Of a stretch of DNA of 64,000 nt, positions 12,750 through 22,193 are shown piece by piece (positions within the stretch are counted from its first letter, which is position 1; every line of letters begins with the position of its first letter). This DNA comes from an uncultured Mycoplasmatota bacterium (GTDB lineage Bacteria > Bacillota_I > Bacilli_A > RF39 > UBA660): contig URFW01000006.1 of the NCBI GenBank assembly GCA_900547225.1, positions 4,300 to 68,299 of the forward strand. Reading direction: 5' to 3'. The position numbers and the translations under genes were made by a program. Below the pieces are notes generated by a model. It was given only the letters and a program-made list of their open reading frames with translations, ran no database searches and was not told the DNA's origin.

Positions 12750-12823
12750 TGGTGCCTCCTGTAAGAATCGAACTTACAATTCAGCCTTACCATGGCTGCG
12801 TTATACCACTTAACTAAAGAGGC
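12750..12823 (-). tRNA. tRNA-Thr (anticodon GGU)
   Basis: Hand-folded cloverleaf. Acceptor GCCTCTT/AGGAGGC, D-stem GTTA/TAAC, anticodon stem CAGCC/GGCTG with loop ATGGTAA, T-arm GTAAG-TTCGATT-CTTAC, 3' CCA encoded. Confidence 0.8.
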
Positions 12824-12881
12824 ATTTCAAATACATTCTATCATATTATATTTAATAGTACAATAAAATGTATTTAATTTT

Positions 12882-14915
12882 TTATTTCTTTCTTAAAATT
12901 CTCGTAGTGTTTAAAATAGTAAGTAAAGTAACGCCAGTATCAGCGAAAACAGCCTGCCACATATTAGCTACTCCAATAGCGCCTAAAACTAATACTAATA
13001 CCTTGATCCCTATAGCAAATATAAGATTTTGTTTTATTATTTTTTTAGTAAATTTTGATATTTTAATAGCTTCTGGTATTTTGCTTAAACTATCATTCAT
13101 AATAACTACGTCCGAAGCTTCAATTGCAGATGCACTTCCTCTCATTCCCATTGAAATTCCAACATCAGAAAGTGCAAGCGATGGAGCATCATTTATTCCA
13201 TCTCCCACAAACGCCGTTTTCTTATCATTTTCTTTTATTATCTTATCAAGCTTTTTATATTTATCATCTGGAAGCATCTCATAAAAAACTTCATCTACGC
13301 CAGTTTTTTTAGCTACAGCCTCTGCTGATTTCTTTTTATCTCCAGTAAACATAAACGTTTTAATATTTTGCTTTTTAAGTTCTAAAATAGCAGATATAGA
13401 GTCTTTCTTTATATCATCTATTAATTTTAGTTTAGCTGCTACTTTCCCATCAATTTTTAAATAAATATAACTATCTTTATCACTTGCATTAACAAATGAA
13501 GATGAACCTATCTTAATTTTTTTACCATCTATTTCGTAAGAAATTCCCTTACCAGCCGTTTCCTTATAATTTAAAACATCTTTTGTACTTACCTTTTTAC
13601 TAAACACGTTAAGTACTGATTTTGCAAGTGGATGATTTGATAAAGCCTCACCCTTTACATAATAGTTAATTATATCTTTTTCTTTGTATTTATCATCTAA
13701 TATTTCTAACTTATAATCATTTGATATACCAGTTGTTATGGTTCCTGTTTTGTCAAATACGATTTTATTTACTGATGAAAGTAATTCTAAATAATCACTT
13801 CCCTTAACCAAGATTCCTTCTTTAGATGCTTTTCCTATTCCAGAGAAGTATCCAAGTGGTACACTTATTGCAATTGCACAAGGACAAGATACTACTAAAA
13901 ATACTAAAGCTCTATAAATAGACACTTTAAAACTTAAACCAAATAATGGAAGAATAAGCGCTATTAAAAGTGCAAGTATCATAATAATTGGGGTATAAAC
14001 CTTAGCTGCCTTAGATACAAAGTTTTCGCATTTAGCTTTTCTATCACTTGCGTTTTCAGTTAATTCTAGTATTTTAGATACCGTGCTATCTTCATATAAG
14101 CTTTCTACTTTTATCTCGATAACAGAAAGTGTATTAATAGAACCAGATAACACTTTATCTCCTTTATTAACACTTTTTAAATCAGACTCACCAGTTAATG
14201 CTGCCGTATTTAATTTAGAACTTCCTTTTATAATAATACCATCAAGAGGTATTTCATCACCTTTTTTAACTATTATTACATCCCCTATTTTAACATCTTT
14301 TGGATCTACCGTTAATATTTCATCACCCTTTTTTAAGTTAGCAACCTCTGGCTTTATATCCATTAAATCGCTTATTGAGCGTCTAGAATTATTAACTGCT
14401 ACCTCTTCTAGTATTTTACCTATTTCGTACAAAATAATAACCATTAACCCTTCATGAGTATTACCAGTTAAATAAGCCCCAACACAAGATATTGTAACAA
14501 GCATATTTTCGTTTACCGTTTTAGATTTAAATAGTAATTTTATAGCATTAGTAAACGTTCTATATAAAAGAGTTACATAACTAAGTACTATAAAGACATT
14601 TGAAAGTATGCCTTTTTGGCACATACCTATTGTCATAAAAATAATTCCAACTAAAAGTCTTATTATGTGAAATTTAAACTTACTTTTATTTTCATATGAT
14701 TCATTTAAATCCATTATCTTACTTTCTGGCTCTACCTTTTTTACGATATCAGAAACTAATTTTTTAGGATTTTGCGCTTTTGTTGTAACCGTTATCATAA
14801 GTTTAGAAAAATTGACACTTGCATAATCTATCTCATCATTTTCATTTAGTTTTTTTTCAATTTCTAAAGCACATCCAGCACAATCTAAAGAGCTTAATTT
14901 AAATTTATATTTCAT
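12882..14915 (-). CDS. cadA: Heavy-metal (Cd/Zn/Pb-type) translocating P1B-ATPase
   Basis: N-terminal HMA CxxC (CAGCALEIE), membrane CPC motif (SCPCAIAIS), phosphorylation DKTGT and GDGINDAP hinge. Confidence 0.9.
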   Translation of the reverse strand: MKYKFKLSSLDCAGCALEIEKKLNENDEIDYASVNFSKLMITVTTKAQNPKKLVSDIVKKVEPESKIMDLNESYENKSKFKFHIIRLLVGIIFMTIGMCQKGILSNVFIVLSYVTLLYRTFTNAIKLLFKSKTVNENMLVTISCVGAYLTGNTHEGLMVIILYEIGKILEEVAVNNSRRSISDLMDIKPEVANLKKGDEILTVDPKDVKIGDVIIVKKGDEIPLDGIIIKGSSKLNTAALTGESDLKSVNKGDKVLSGSINTLSVIEIKVESLYEDSTVSKILELTENASDRKAKCENFVSKAAKVYTPIIMILALLIALILPLFGLSFKVSIYRALVFLVVSCPCAIAISVPLGYFSGIGKASKEGILVKGSDYLELLSSVNKIVFDKTGTITTGISNDYKLEILDDKYKEKDIINYYVKGEALSNHPLAKSVLNVFSKKVSTKDVLNYKETAGKGISYEIDGKKIKIGSSSFVNASDKDSYIYLKIDGKVAAKLKLIDDIKKDSISAILELKKQNIKTFMFTGDKKKSAEAVAKKTGVDEVFYEMLPDDKYKKLDKIIKENDKKTAFVGDGINDAPSLALSDVGISMGMRGSASAIEASDVVIMNDSLSKIPEAIKISKFTKKIIKQNLIFAIGIKVLVLVLGAIGVANMWQAVFADTGVTLLTILNTTRILRKK

Positions 14916-15198
14916 TTATATGTTCACATCCCATCACAAATATTTTTTCTACATGATCATCTGCTAAAAAATAGTATGTTAAGTTTCCTTCTTTTCTATA
15001 CTTAACAAGCTTTGAATCCTTAAGTATCCTAAGTTGGTGAGATACCGCAGACTGACTTACCTTTATTTTTTCTGATATATCACTAACACACATTTCTCCG
15101 TTTATTAAAACGTTTATTATCTTAACCCTTGTTGAGTCACCAAACATTTTAAATAATTCGGATAAATCTATTACTTTATCATCGTCTAATAACTTCAT
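14905..15198 (-). CDS. cadC: ArsR/SmtB family metal-sensing transcriptional repressor (CadC-like)
   Basis: HTH with MCVSDISEKIKVSQSAVSHQLRILK. Overlaps the ATPase start by 11 nt. RBS AAGAAGG. Confidence 0.85.
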   Translation of the reverse strand: MKLLDDDKVIDLSELFKMFGDSTRVKIINVLINGEMCVSDISEKIKVSQSAVSHQLRILKDSKLVKYRKEGNLTYYFLADDHVEKIFVMGCEHINEI

Positions 15199-15227
15199 AA
15201 TAACCTTCTTTCTATTTTTACTTCTTC

Positions 15228-15256
15228 ATTATATGAATATATGTTCATATTGTCAA
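15228..15256 (-). promoter_or_regulatory. Consensus sigma-A promoter of the arsR-cadA operon with the operator palindrome in its spacer
   Basis: Minus strand reads TTGACA-atatgaacatatattca-TATAAT, a perfect -35 and -10 with 17-nt spacing. Spacer contains the inverted repeat ATATGAA-n6-TTCATAT (15231-15250), 33-52 nt upstream of the cadC ATG. Confidence 0.6.
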
Positions 15257-15462
15257 TATCTATTTAATAAAAAAACTTTCGTTTTCACGAAGTTCCTTAT
15301 TTTTAACCTTTAATTTTGAAATATAAAATTATCTATATGAAACTCACAGAATCCATCCTCGTTAACGATTACGTAACCTTTATTTATATTATCAAATTCC
15401 ATTTTTAGTTCATAAATAAATACATCCAAATTAGAAACTAAAATTTTTTTAAGCTTCAAAAA

Positions 15463-16050
15463 TCACTCCTCTATGTTGTTATCGCTGTCAAATTTAACAT
15501 CTATTACTTTGCGGCTTGCTAAGTAATCACACATATGAACAAATCTTTGAAATTTAGACTCTGGTTTAGGAAGTACTATATTACTATAATTATTGGTATT
15601 CCAAGGTCCCATATGTGATGATATAACGTGACACATAAACTCTATTTCCTTATCAGTAAAGGTTAGTTTATCCTTGTTTTCTTTTATATAGTCGCACACT
15701 AAAAGTGGGTGTTCAAACTTTGTATATTGAGATTTTTCAAGACCAGATTTTAGTCCATCATGCATAATTAAAGATATTATCATTAAATCTTTTTCGTTTT
15801 TAGAATAAGCACCTGTTATACTTTCGTCGTTAAACATTTCGTAAGCAAATCTAACCGCTACTTTTGTATGTCTAACAAGGCCACCACTACCTAATGCAAA
15901 ACTAGGATGATACTTTCCTGTTGAAGATGCCGGAACTTCAAAAAAGTAGTCAGGAAGCAAACTAATTAGTTTTTGGGCTCCCTCTTTATATCTTGGATTA
16001 TTTATGTAACTTAGTTCTTTTTCAAATACTTTTGTTTTTTCTTCGTTCAT
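15463..16050 (-). CDS. HD-domain phosphohydrolase (195 aa)
   Basis: KYHPSF...RHTKVAVRFA...SLIMHDGLK...CHVISSHMG H/HD metal-ligand pattern. Confidence 0.6.
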   Translation of the reverse strand: MNEEKTKVFEKELSYINNPRYKEGAQKLISLLPDYFFEVPASSTGKYHPSFALGSGGLVRHTKVAVRFAYEMFNDESITGAYSKNEKDLMIISLIMHDGLKSGLEKSQYTKFEHPLLVCDYIKENKDKLTFTDKEIEFMCHVISSHMGPWNTNNYSNIVLPKPESKFQRFVHMCDYLASRKVIDVKFDSDNNIEE

Positions 16051-16059
16051 TTTTTCACC

Positions 16060-16686
16060 TCAAAATTTAATATTTATATTAAATAATCTTGCAATAGCGC
16101 AAATACCTGTTAAATCGGTTGTAACACCTTTTATACTTTCTAAATCAGCGTTTATACCATTTAATACCGAGTTAGATAAGTCCATATTATTTAACTTAGT
16201 TTTATATATTTCTGCATCAGTAAGATTACACTTATCTATTATAACATTATTAAATTCATTTTCAAATAATCTTGCCCCAGTCATATTAGAGTTCGTAAAC
16301 GAAACGTTTTTTAGTTTAGAAGACATATTCATATAAGAAATGTTAGAATTATAAAATGAAACGTCTTTCAAATTAGATTCTATAACAGAAAAATTTACTA
16401 ACGATGAATTTATAAACTCACATCTAGAAATAAGCTTTTCACATATATCCATATTAGGTAAATTGCAAGATTCAAATGAACAATTAATAAAATCTATGTT
16501 TTTAAGCCTGCAATCACTAAAATCGATATTTTTAAATAAGCAGCCATTAAACTCTATGTCTTTTATATCATTTAAAGATTTTTCATCACTAAAGGATAGA
16601 TCACATATAATGTCACTACCTTTTATTTCGTTTAAATATCCTTTATCCAAATTCTTTTTTAGACGTGGCTTTTTAATATTATTCAT
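16060..16686 (-). CDS. Pentapeptide-repeat protein (Qnr/MfpA-like size)
   Basis: Tandem A(D/N)LxX pentapeptides almost throughout (NIDFSDCRLKNIDFINCSFESCNLPNMD...LNNMDLSNSVLNGINADLES). 208 aa. Confidence 0.75.
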   Translation of the reverse strand: MNNIKKPRLKKNLDKGYLNEIKGSDIICDLSFSDEKSLNDIKDIEFNGCLFKNIDFSDCRLKNIDFINCSFESCNLPNMDICEKLISRCEFINSSLVNFSVIESNLKDVSFYNSNISYMNMSSKLKNVSFTNSNMTGARLFENEFNNVIIDKCNLTDAEIYKTKLNNMDLSNSVLNGINADLESIKGVTTDLTGICAIARLFNINIKF

Positions 16687-16689
16687 ATC

Positions 16690-17901
16690 TTACCTTTCTA
16701 TTGTTTTAATGTATAAAGCACATAAAAATGCATTTGGAAACATTATTGCTAAATCATTTATTAATCTTTTATTTTCTTTTCCTATTTCATTATGTATGTA
16801 GCAGATTAGTTCTTTGGACACAAATGCTTTTTTTAAACTATTATTTTTAATGGCTTTTTTAATAGTATTAAACTTTTTAATTTCACACTTTAAAAATTCT
16901 TTTTTAATTAATACATTTGCAAAAGACGCTCTATATATTTTAGATTCATCTATGTTAAATGCTCTTAACGTGTTTTCTAATACATCATTAAAGTATTTAG
17001 TATTATCACTTGATGTTACCTTCTTAAACTTTAGTTTAGCAACCTTGTTTAAGTATAAATCCATGTAATAATTAAATTTATCATGCATTCTTTTATAATT
17101 CCTATCAAGGCTTCCTTTTTTAAATGTATATATGTTACCATCAAGCATTTTATATACTTTCATAGTATCATTATAACCAAAACTAATGGCTTTCCTTGAG
17201 TAATCTTTTTCAAAAGCAAGGAAACTTCCTAAATCATTTTTTGGTGTTATATAAGTTATTTTAACGTTTTTATCCTTAACTTCTCTTACCATCCCAACTG
17301 CTTTTAAATCTACTGCAATTACTTCATCTGCTCCCATACTAATTGCAAAATTAATCGGCATGTTATCATAATATCCACCATCAATATAAAAATTTTTGCC
17401 TATTTTAGTAGGTTTAAATGCTGGAAAACAAGAAGCAGAAGCTAACATATAACTTTTTGCATCATCTTCTGTAAGATCACCTTTTTTTACTAATTTAGGC
17501 CTTAATGAAGGAAAATGAGTAGTAACAAGGCCATAATTAATGTTTGATTTAAAAAATTTATCCTTGTTAAGTACTTTATCTATAACCTGGCTTAGTCCGG
17601 AAAGTTCAAGTCCTCCTTTTAAAGCACCTTTTGCATACTTTCCTAATATTTCTTCTTTCCCTTTTTTGCTTGTATACTTATTTTTTATCTCAATATCAAT
17701 TACCTTACTATAATCCATATAATACCACAATTTAAGTGCTTTAAAATAATCTTTTTGAACCATTAATACCCCATTTAATGCCCCAACTGATGTACCACAT
17801 ACTATATCATAATTAATAGAAAGTCTTCTAAGTGCTTTCCAAACCCCTATTTCGTAAGCTCCTTTAGCTCCGCCACCTGATAAGACAATTGCTCTTTTCA
17901 T
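16690..17901 (-). CDS. Patatin-like phospholipase
   Basis: Oxyanion hole GGGAKG, catalytic nucleophile GTSVG and Asp in YIDGGYYDN. 403 aa. Confidence 0.85.
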   Translation of the reverse strand: MKRAIVLSGGGAKGAYEIGVWKALRRLSINYDIVCGTSVGALNGVLMVQKDYFKALKLWYYMDYSKVIDIEIKNKYTSKKGKEEILGKYAKGALKGGLELSGLSQVIDKVLNKDKFFKSNINYGLVTTHFPSLRPKLVKKGDLTEDDAKSYMLASASCFPAFKPTKIGKNFYIDGGYYDNMPINFAISMGADEVIAVDLKAVGMVREVKDKNVKITYITPKNDLGSFLAFEKDYSRKAISFGYNDTMKVYKMLDGNIYTFKKGSLDRNYKRMHDKFNYYMDLYLNKVAKLKFKKVTSSDNTKYFNDVLENTLRAFNIDESKIYRASFANVLIKKEFLKCEIKKFNTIKKAIKNNSLKKAFVSKELICYIHNEIGKENKRLINDLAIMFPNAFLCALYIKTIER

Positions 17902-17905
17902 AAAG

Positions 17906-18655
17906 TTATTTACTTCTTCCTTGATCTTCTAAATTCTTATTATTTCCAGTTAGAAGTGCCATTAAATCATTTATGTTAGCACCCTTAAAATTAGACATTG
18001 AAACTATTTTATCAGCATTACTCATTATTCTTCCTTCTTTATATTTACTAGTTACAAGGGAAACAGGCCCTATTTTTCCTCTGTTAGAAGAATTTGTTAA
18101 TATTTCCTTATTTGTACTATCTAATAAATTTACTCTTTTAAAGTTTTTTAATTCAAGAGGATTATCAAGGCTGTCTTTAAATGAAGTTACAGGAAGTGGA
18201 TACATATGATGAACAACTCCGTCTATTATTTTTGTAGCATCATCTTTAGCTTCAAAAATCTCTGGATACCAAGCATTTCCATTTATAACGGCTTCAATTG
18301 GATGTCTAAATCCATGCTTATTAAAAAAGTGTTTTGTATCTGCTGCTGGATTATTTTGCCAAGGTAGTTCATATAAATCATGCATCATAGCTATTCTTAA
18401 AGCGATTTCCATTTCAAAAGTAGGCTCATTTCTATGTTTTTTTGACAATAAATACGTAACAATAGTATCTTCTAAAATATGCTCGCCAAGTGTTATTTCA
18501 CCGTGATGTGGAAACTCACTAGTCATCCTTTTTTGAAATTCATCATGCAAAAAAATAGATTCTATAACACTATATATCTCATCTTTTTCATCTAATAATA
18601 AATTATACTTTTTAAATATCTTATCAAGTTTTTCTTTGTTTTCATCTAGTATCAT
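17906..18655 (-). CDS. HD-domain protein (249 aa)
   Basis: FLHD...HHGEITLGEH...MMHDLYE motifs. First gene of the four-gene cassette. Confidence 0.55.
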   Translation of the reverse strand: MILDENKEKLDKIFKKYNLLLDEKDEIYSVIESIFLHDEFQKRMTSEFPHHGEITLGEHILEDTIVTYLLSKKHRNEPTFEMEIALRIAMMHDLYELPWQNNPAADTKHFFNKHGFRHPIEAVINGNAWYPEIFEAKDDATKIIDGVVHHMYPLPVTSFKDSLDNPLELKNFKRVNLLDSTNKEILTNSSNRGKIGPVSLVTSKYKEGRIMSNADKIVSMSNFKGANINDLMALLTGNNKNLEDQGRSK

Positions 18656-18721
18656 AAAAATTCCTCCAATATAGATATATTATACCACATCTTTAATTTT
18701 TATGTTATAATGTATTTGCAC

Positions 18722-18798
18722 GTCCTCGTAGCTCAGCTGGATAGAGCACTCGCCTCCTAAGCGAGGGGTCGCGCGTTCGAATCGCGCCGGGGACGCCA
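18722..18798 (+). tRNA. tRNA-Arg (anticodon CCU)
   Basis: Acceptor GTCCTCG/CGGGGAC, D-arm GCTC-AGCTGGATA-GAGC, anticodon stem CTCGC/GCGAG with loop CTCCTAA, T-arm GCGCG-TTCGAAT-CGCGC, discriminator G, CCA. Confidence 0.85.
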
Positions 18799-18852
18799 CT
18801 TTATTTAAAAAAAATAAAAATACATAACCATCTTAAGTTTATGTATTTTTTA

Positions 18853-19353
18853 TTATCTTATAAAATTGACTAAGAACACCATCCAAACACCTATTTGTGC
18901 TTTAGCACGTGCTACTCCTTCAAAAGCTGCAACTATCTTATCCGATAAGGACACCATCCAAGCTTCTTTAGATTTAGGAGCAATATTTGAAATTGGAAAC
19001 ATATGTGATTCTATTATATTCTGTTCTTTTTCATTTACTCCAAAATATTTAATTGCATTTTCTTTTGCCATTTTTGGATGATCAATTAACATTTTCGTTG
19101 ATGTCATAATATTTTTATCATCTCTAACCAAGAAGAAATCATGCAAAGCACCCGCTCTAATAACCGCATTTGTATCAAAACCTAACATTTTAGATAATTT
19201 AAATGCAGTATATGAAACTCTAACAGAATGATTATATCTAGTGTTGCCATGATGTACAATTGACTTGGTTTTTAAAAATTCCTTATGACTTAGAATTGGA
19301 GATGCAACACTCATAAATTCTTTATCTTTATATATTTTATTCATTAAATTCAA
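18853..19353 (-). CDS. HD-domain phosphohydrolase (166 aa)
   Basis: HHGNTRYNHSVRVS...GALHDF HD signature. Confidence 0.6.
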   Translation of the reverse strand: MNLMNKIYKDKEFMSVASPILSHKEFLKTKSIVHHGNTRYNHSVRVSYTAFKLSKMLGFDTNAVIRAGALHDFFLVRDDKNIMTSTKMLIDHPKMAKENAIKYFGVNEKEQNIIESHMFPISNIAPKSKEAWMVSLSDKIVAAFEGVARAKAQIGVWMVFLVNFIR

Positions 19354-19465
19354 TTAAATCAACCTCTTTATCCGATTATATTATATTCAAAATAAATATA
19401 ACTAATCATTTAAATGTCATACTTTAAACTGACCTTCTAAGAATACCATATATTAAGGCAAAAGT

Positions 19466-19498
19466 AAAGATACATTTGTATGGTATACAAATGTATCT
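19466..19498 (-). terminator. Rho-independent terminator of the 19537-20139 gene
   Basis: Perfect 14-bp stem aagatacatttgta / tacaaatgtatctt with loop tggta. Confidence 0.5.
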
Positions 19499-19536
19499 TA
19501 GTATTTAAAGTATTAAACTTTAATCTTTGAGAATTT

Positions 19537-20139
19537 TTATGCTTTAATTAAACGATAACTATAGGTATAATCTGGATTAGTATCCAAATAATCTGAATAA
19601 TATACATTAACAACTTTTACTAATGCATACTCATCTAATTCTTGATAACTGCTAGTTTCAATATTCTTTATTTTTTTGTAAGTTGAACCATCCAAAGCAT
19701 ACCCATCTTCTGACGAATAAGTAGAATAAGAATCTTTTACTATTATCTCAGCATCTTTTGTTTCTACTACTTCTAAAATTCTTCCATCATTAGAAAAATA
19801 CATACCATCAATTAATGCAGTATCCATGTTATGTTCTATTAAATAATCCTTTACTTGATTACCAGTAGCCACAATAGCCGCTGAACTATTATATGGTTTT
19901 TCTTTACTATGTTCATTTAATATATTACTATATTCATAATCTAGAAAGTAATCATCAAGCGTTTTTTCAACATCAACAGTTGGATACTCTAACTGGCTTA
20001 ATAAAATAGAATCTGTATTTTCTCTTTTTTTCTCATCTATATTATGAACTATACTAGTTGGAAATGATAGTATTAAAGTTCCACCTAATAAAATTGCTCC
20101 GGCTTTTAATATGTTTTTTAATTTATCATTATTTTTCAT
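19537..20139 (-). CDS. Secreted hypothetical protein (N-terminal signal peptide)
   Basis: MKNNDKLKNILKAGAILLGGTLILSF signal-like N-terminus. Tyr/Asp-rich mature part. Confidence 0.5.
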   Translation of the reverse strand: MKNNDKLKNILKAGAILLGGTLILSFPTSIVHNIDEKKRENTDSILLSQLEYPTVDVEKTLDDYFLDYEYSNILNEHSKEKPYNSSAAIVATGNQVKDYLIEHNMDTALIDGMYFSNDGRILEVVETKDAEIIVKDSYSTYSSEDGYALDGSTYKKIKNIETSSYQELDEYALVKVVNVYYSDYLDTNPDYTYSYRLIKA

Positions 20140-20159
20140 TTTTTACATTCCTTAATTTA

Positions 20160-22190
20160 TTAATTCTTTTTGTAATCGCAACCACTACACTTTACTATTC
20201 CTTCTTTATCAGCAACTAAAAGACTATGGCATTCAGGACATAACTCTCCAGTAGGCTTATCCCAAACAGCAACTTTACATTTTGGAAAATTACTGCATCC
20301 ATAAAATACTTTTCCTCTTTTAGTTTTTCTCTCAACTATTTTGCCACCACATTTAGGACAGTCGCAAACTTCAACTTGAGGTGCTTTTTCCTTTGGTTTA
20401 ATATATTTACATTCAGGATATCCAGAGCAAGCTTCAAATTTACCGTATCGTCCGTTTTTTATAACCATAGGCTTACCACATTTAGGGCATACTTCTCCGG
20501 TTTCTTCGTCTTCTTTTTTCTCCATCTTATCAAATGCGTTTTCAACTTCTGGTTCAAATTCCTTATAAAATGATTCTAGAATTTTATACCATACTTTCTT
20601 ACCTTCTGCTACCTTGTCTAAGTCTTCTTCCATCTTAGCTGTATATTTAACGTTTATTAAATCACTAAAGAATTCTTGTAATTTATCCGTCGTTGTAATT
20701 CCAACTTCAGTAGGATTAAGTTTTTTTTCTATTATTTTAACATATCCTCTTTGCGTTAAAGTACTAATTGTTGATGCATAAGTAGAAGGACGCCCTATTC
20801 CTAACTCTTCCATTGCTTTAATAAGCTTAGCCTCGGTATATCTTGCTGGAGGTTTAGTAAAATGTTGATCCTTTACTATTTCGTCTGCTATAAGTTCATC
20901 ATTTACTTTTAATTTAGGAAGAACCTTATCTTCTGATGACTCAAACTTACCATAAACTTTTAAGTAACCTTCAAATATAAGTACACTTCCTGTTGTTTTA
21001 AACGTTGTGTTATTATTATCCAAAGTGATTGTTGTTTGATTTAACTTAGCATCTGCCATTAGGGAAGCAAGTGCTCTCACATAAATCATTTCATATAGTT
21101 TAAATTCATCTTTTGTTAGATATTTTTTTATAGAATCAGGCGTTCTATTTATACTAGATGGACGAATTGCCTCATGTGCATCTTGAACGTTTTCACGTTT
21201 TTTTGATTTCTTTACATAACCAATATATTCTTCACCATAATTTTCTTTAATAAAAGCATAGCTTGTTTTAATAAACTCATCAGATAATCTTACAGAATCA
21301 GTTCTCATGTAAGTTATTAAACCAATAGTATCATTTTCTATATCTATACCTTCATATAATTTTTGAGCTACCTGCATAGTTTTCTTAGCAGAAAAACCTA
21401 ATTTTGAAATTGCTTCTTGCTGCATAGTTGACGTAATAAAAGGATATTTAGAAGCTTTTTTCTTAGGCTTTGTTTCATAATTTGATATTACAAATTTGCT
21501 ATCTAAACCATCTATTACCTTATCAGTTTCTTCTTCTGTTTTTAAATCCGCCTTTTTACCGTCAACAGTATCTAAGGAAGCTTCCATATCGGCAAATTTA
21601 GCGGTTACAGTCCAGTATTCTTCTTCTTTAAAACTTTCTATTTCTCTTTCACGGTCTACTATTAGTTTAAGTGCAACAGACTGAACTCTACCTGCTGATT
21701 TACCACCTGTTTTAGACTGCATTAATTTGCTTAACCTAAAGCCTATTATTCTATCTAATATTCTTCTGGTTTCCTGACTATGAACTAAATCATCATCTAT
21801 TTTTCTAGTATGATTAAATGCATCTTTTACAACGTTTTTAGTAATTTCGTTAAAAACAACTCTTTCATACTCTTCATCTTTAAGTTGTAATGCATCTTTT
21901 AAATGCCAAGAAATAGCCTCTCCCTCGCGGTCAGGGTCGGTTGCAAGATAAACCATTTTAGCCTTTTCTGCATCTTTTTTTAGAGCTGTAATATCTTTTT
22001 TCTTACCCTTTATTGCAACATAATTAGGTTCAAAATGATTTTCTAAGTCAACACCAAATCCAAACTTACCTGATGTTGCAAGATCTCTTATGTGACCTTT
22101 ACTAGATACTACTTTATAATCACTGCCTAAATATTTTTCTATTGCTTTAGTCTTAGTAGGAGATTCCACTATTACTAAGTTTTTACTCAT
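20160..22190 (-). CDS. topA: DNA topoisomerase I
   Basis: Toprim N-terminus (LVIVESPTKTKAI), catalytic Tyr region, C-terminal CxxC zinc-ribbon repeats. Confidence 0.92.
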   Translation of the reverse strand: MSKNLVIVESPTKTKAIEKYLGSDYKVVSSKGHIRDLATSGKFGFGVDLENHFEPNYVAIKGKKKDITALKKDAEKAKMVYLATDPDREGEAISWHLKDALQLKDEEYERVVFNEITKNVVKDAFNHTRKIDDDLVHSQETRRILDRIIGFRLSKLMQSKTGGKSAGRVQSVALKLIVDREREIESFKEEEYWTVTAKFADMEASLDTVDGKKADLKTEEETDKVIDGLDSKFVISNYETKPKKKASKYPFITSTMQQEAISKLGFSAKKTMQVAQKLYEGIDIENDTIGLITYMRTDSVRLSDEFIKTSYAFIKENYGEEYIGYVKKSKKRENVQDAHEAIRPSSINRTPDSIKKYLTKDEFKLYEMIYVRALASLMADAKLNQTTITLDNNNTTFKTTGSVLIFEGYLKVYGKFESSEDKVLPKLKVNDELIADEIVKDQHFTKPPARYTEAKLIKAMEELGIGRPSTYASTISTLTQRGYVKIIEKKLNPTEVGITTTDKLQEFFSDLINVKYTAKMEEDLDKVAEGKKVWYKILESFYKEFEPEVENAFDKMEKKEDEETGEVCPKCGKPMVIKNGRYGKFEACSGYPECKYIKPKEKAPQVEVCDCPKCGGKIVERKTKRGKVFYGCSNFPKCKVAVWDKPTGELCPECHSLLVADKEGIVKCSGCDYKKN

Positions 22191-22193
22191 AAT

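Noticed and set aside
12868-14457. Plus-strand ORFs (138, 62 and 124 aa) inside the cadA P-type ATPase gene
   Set aside because: Antisense to a gene with unambiguous P-type ATPase motifs. Low-complexity Ile/Ser-rich translations typical of shadow frames.
15330-15461. Roughly 49-aa TTG-initiated ORF between the HD gene and cadC
   Set aside because: Non-ATG start, no RBS and no motif. The region is more likely the cadC promoter-distal spacer.
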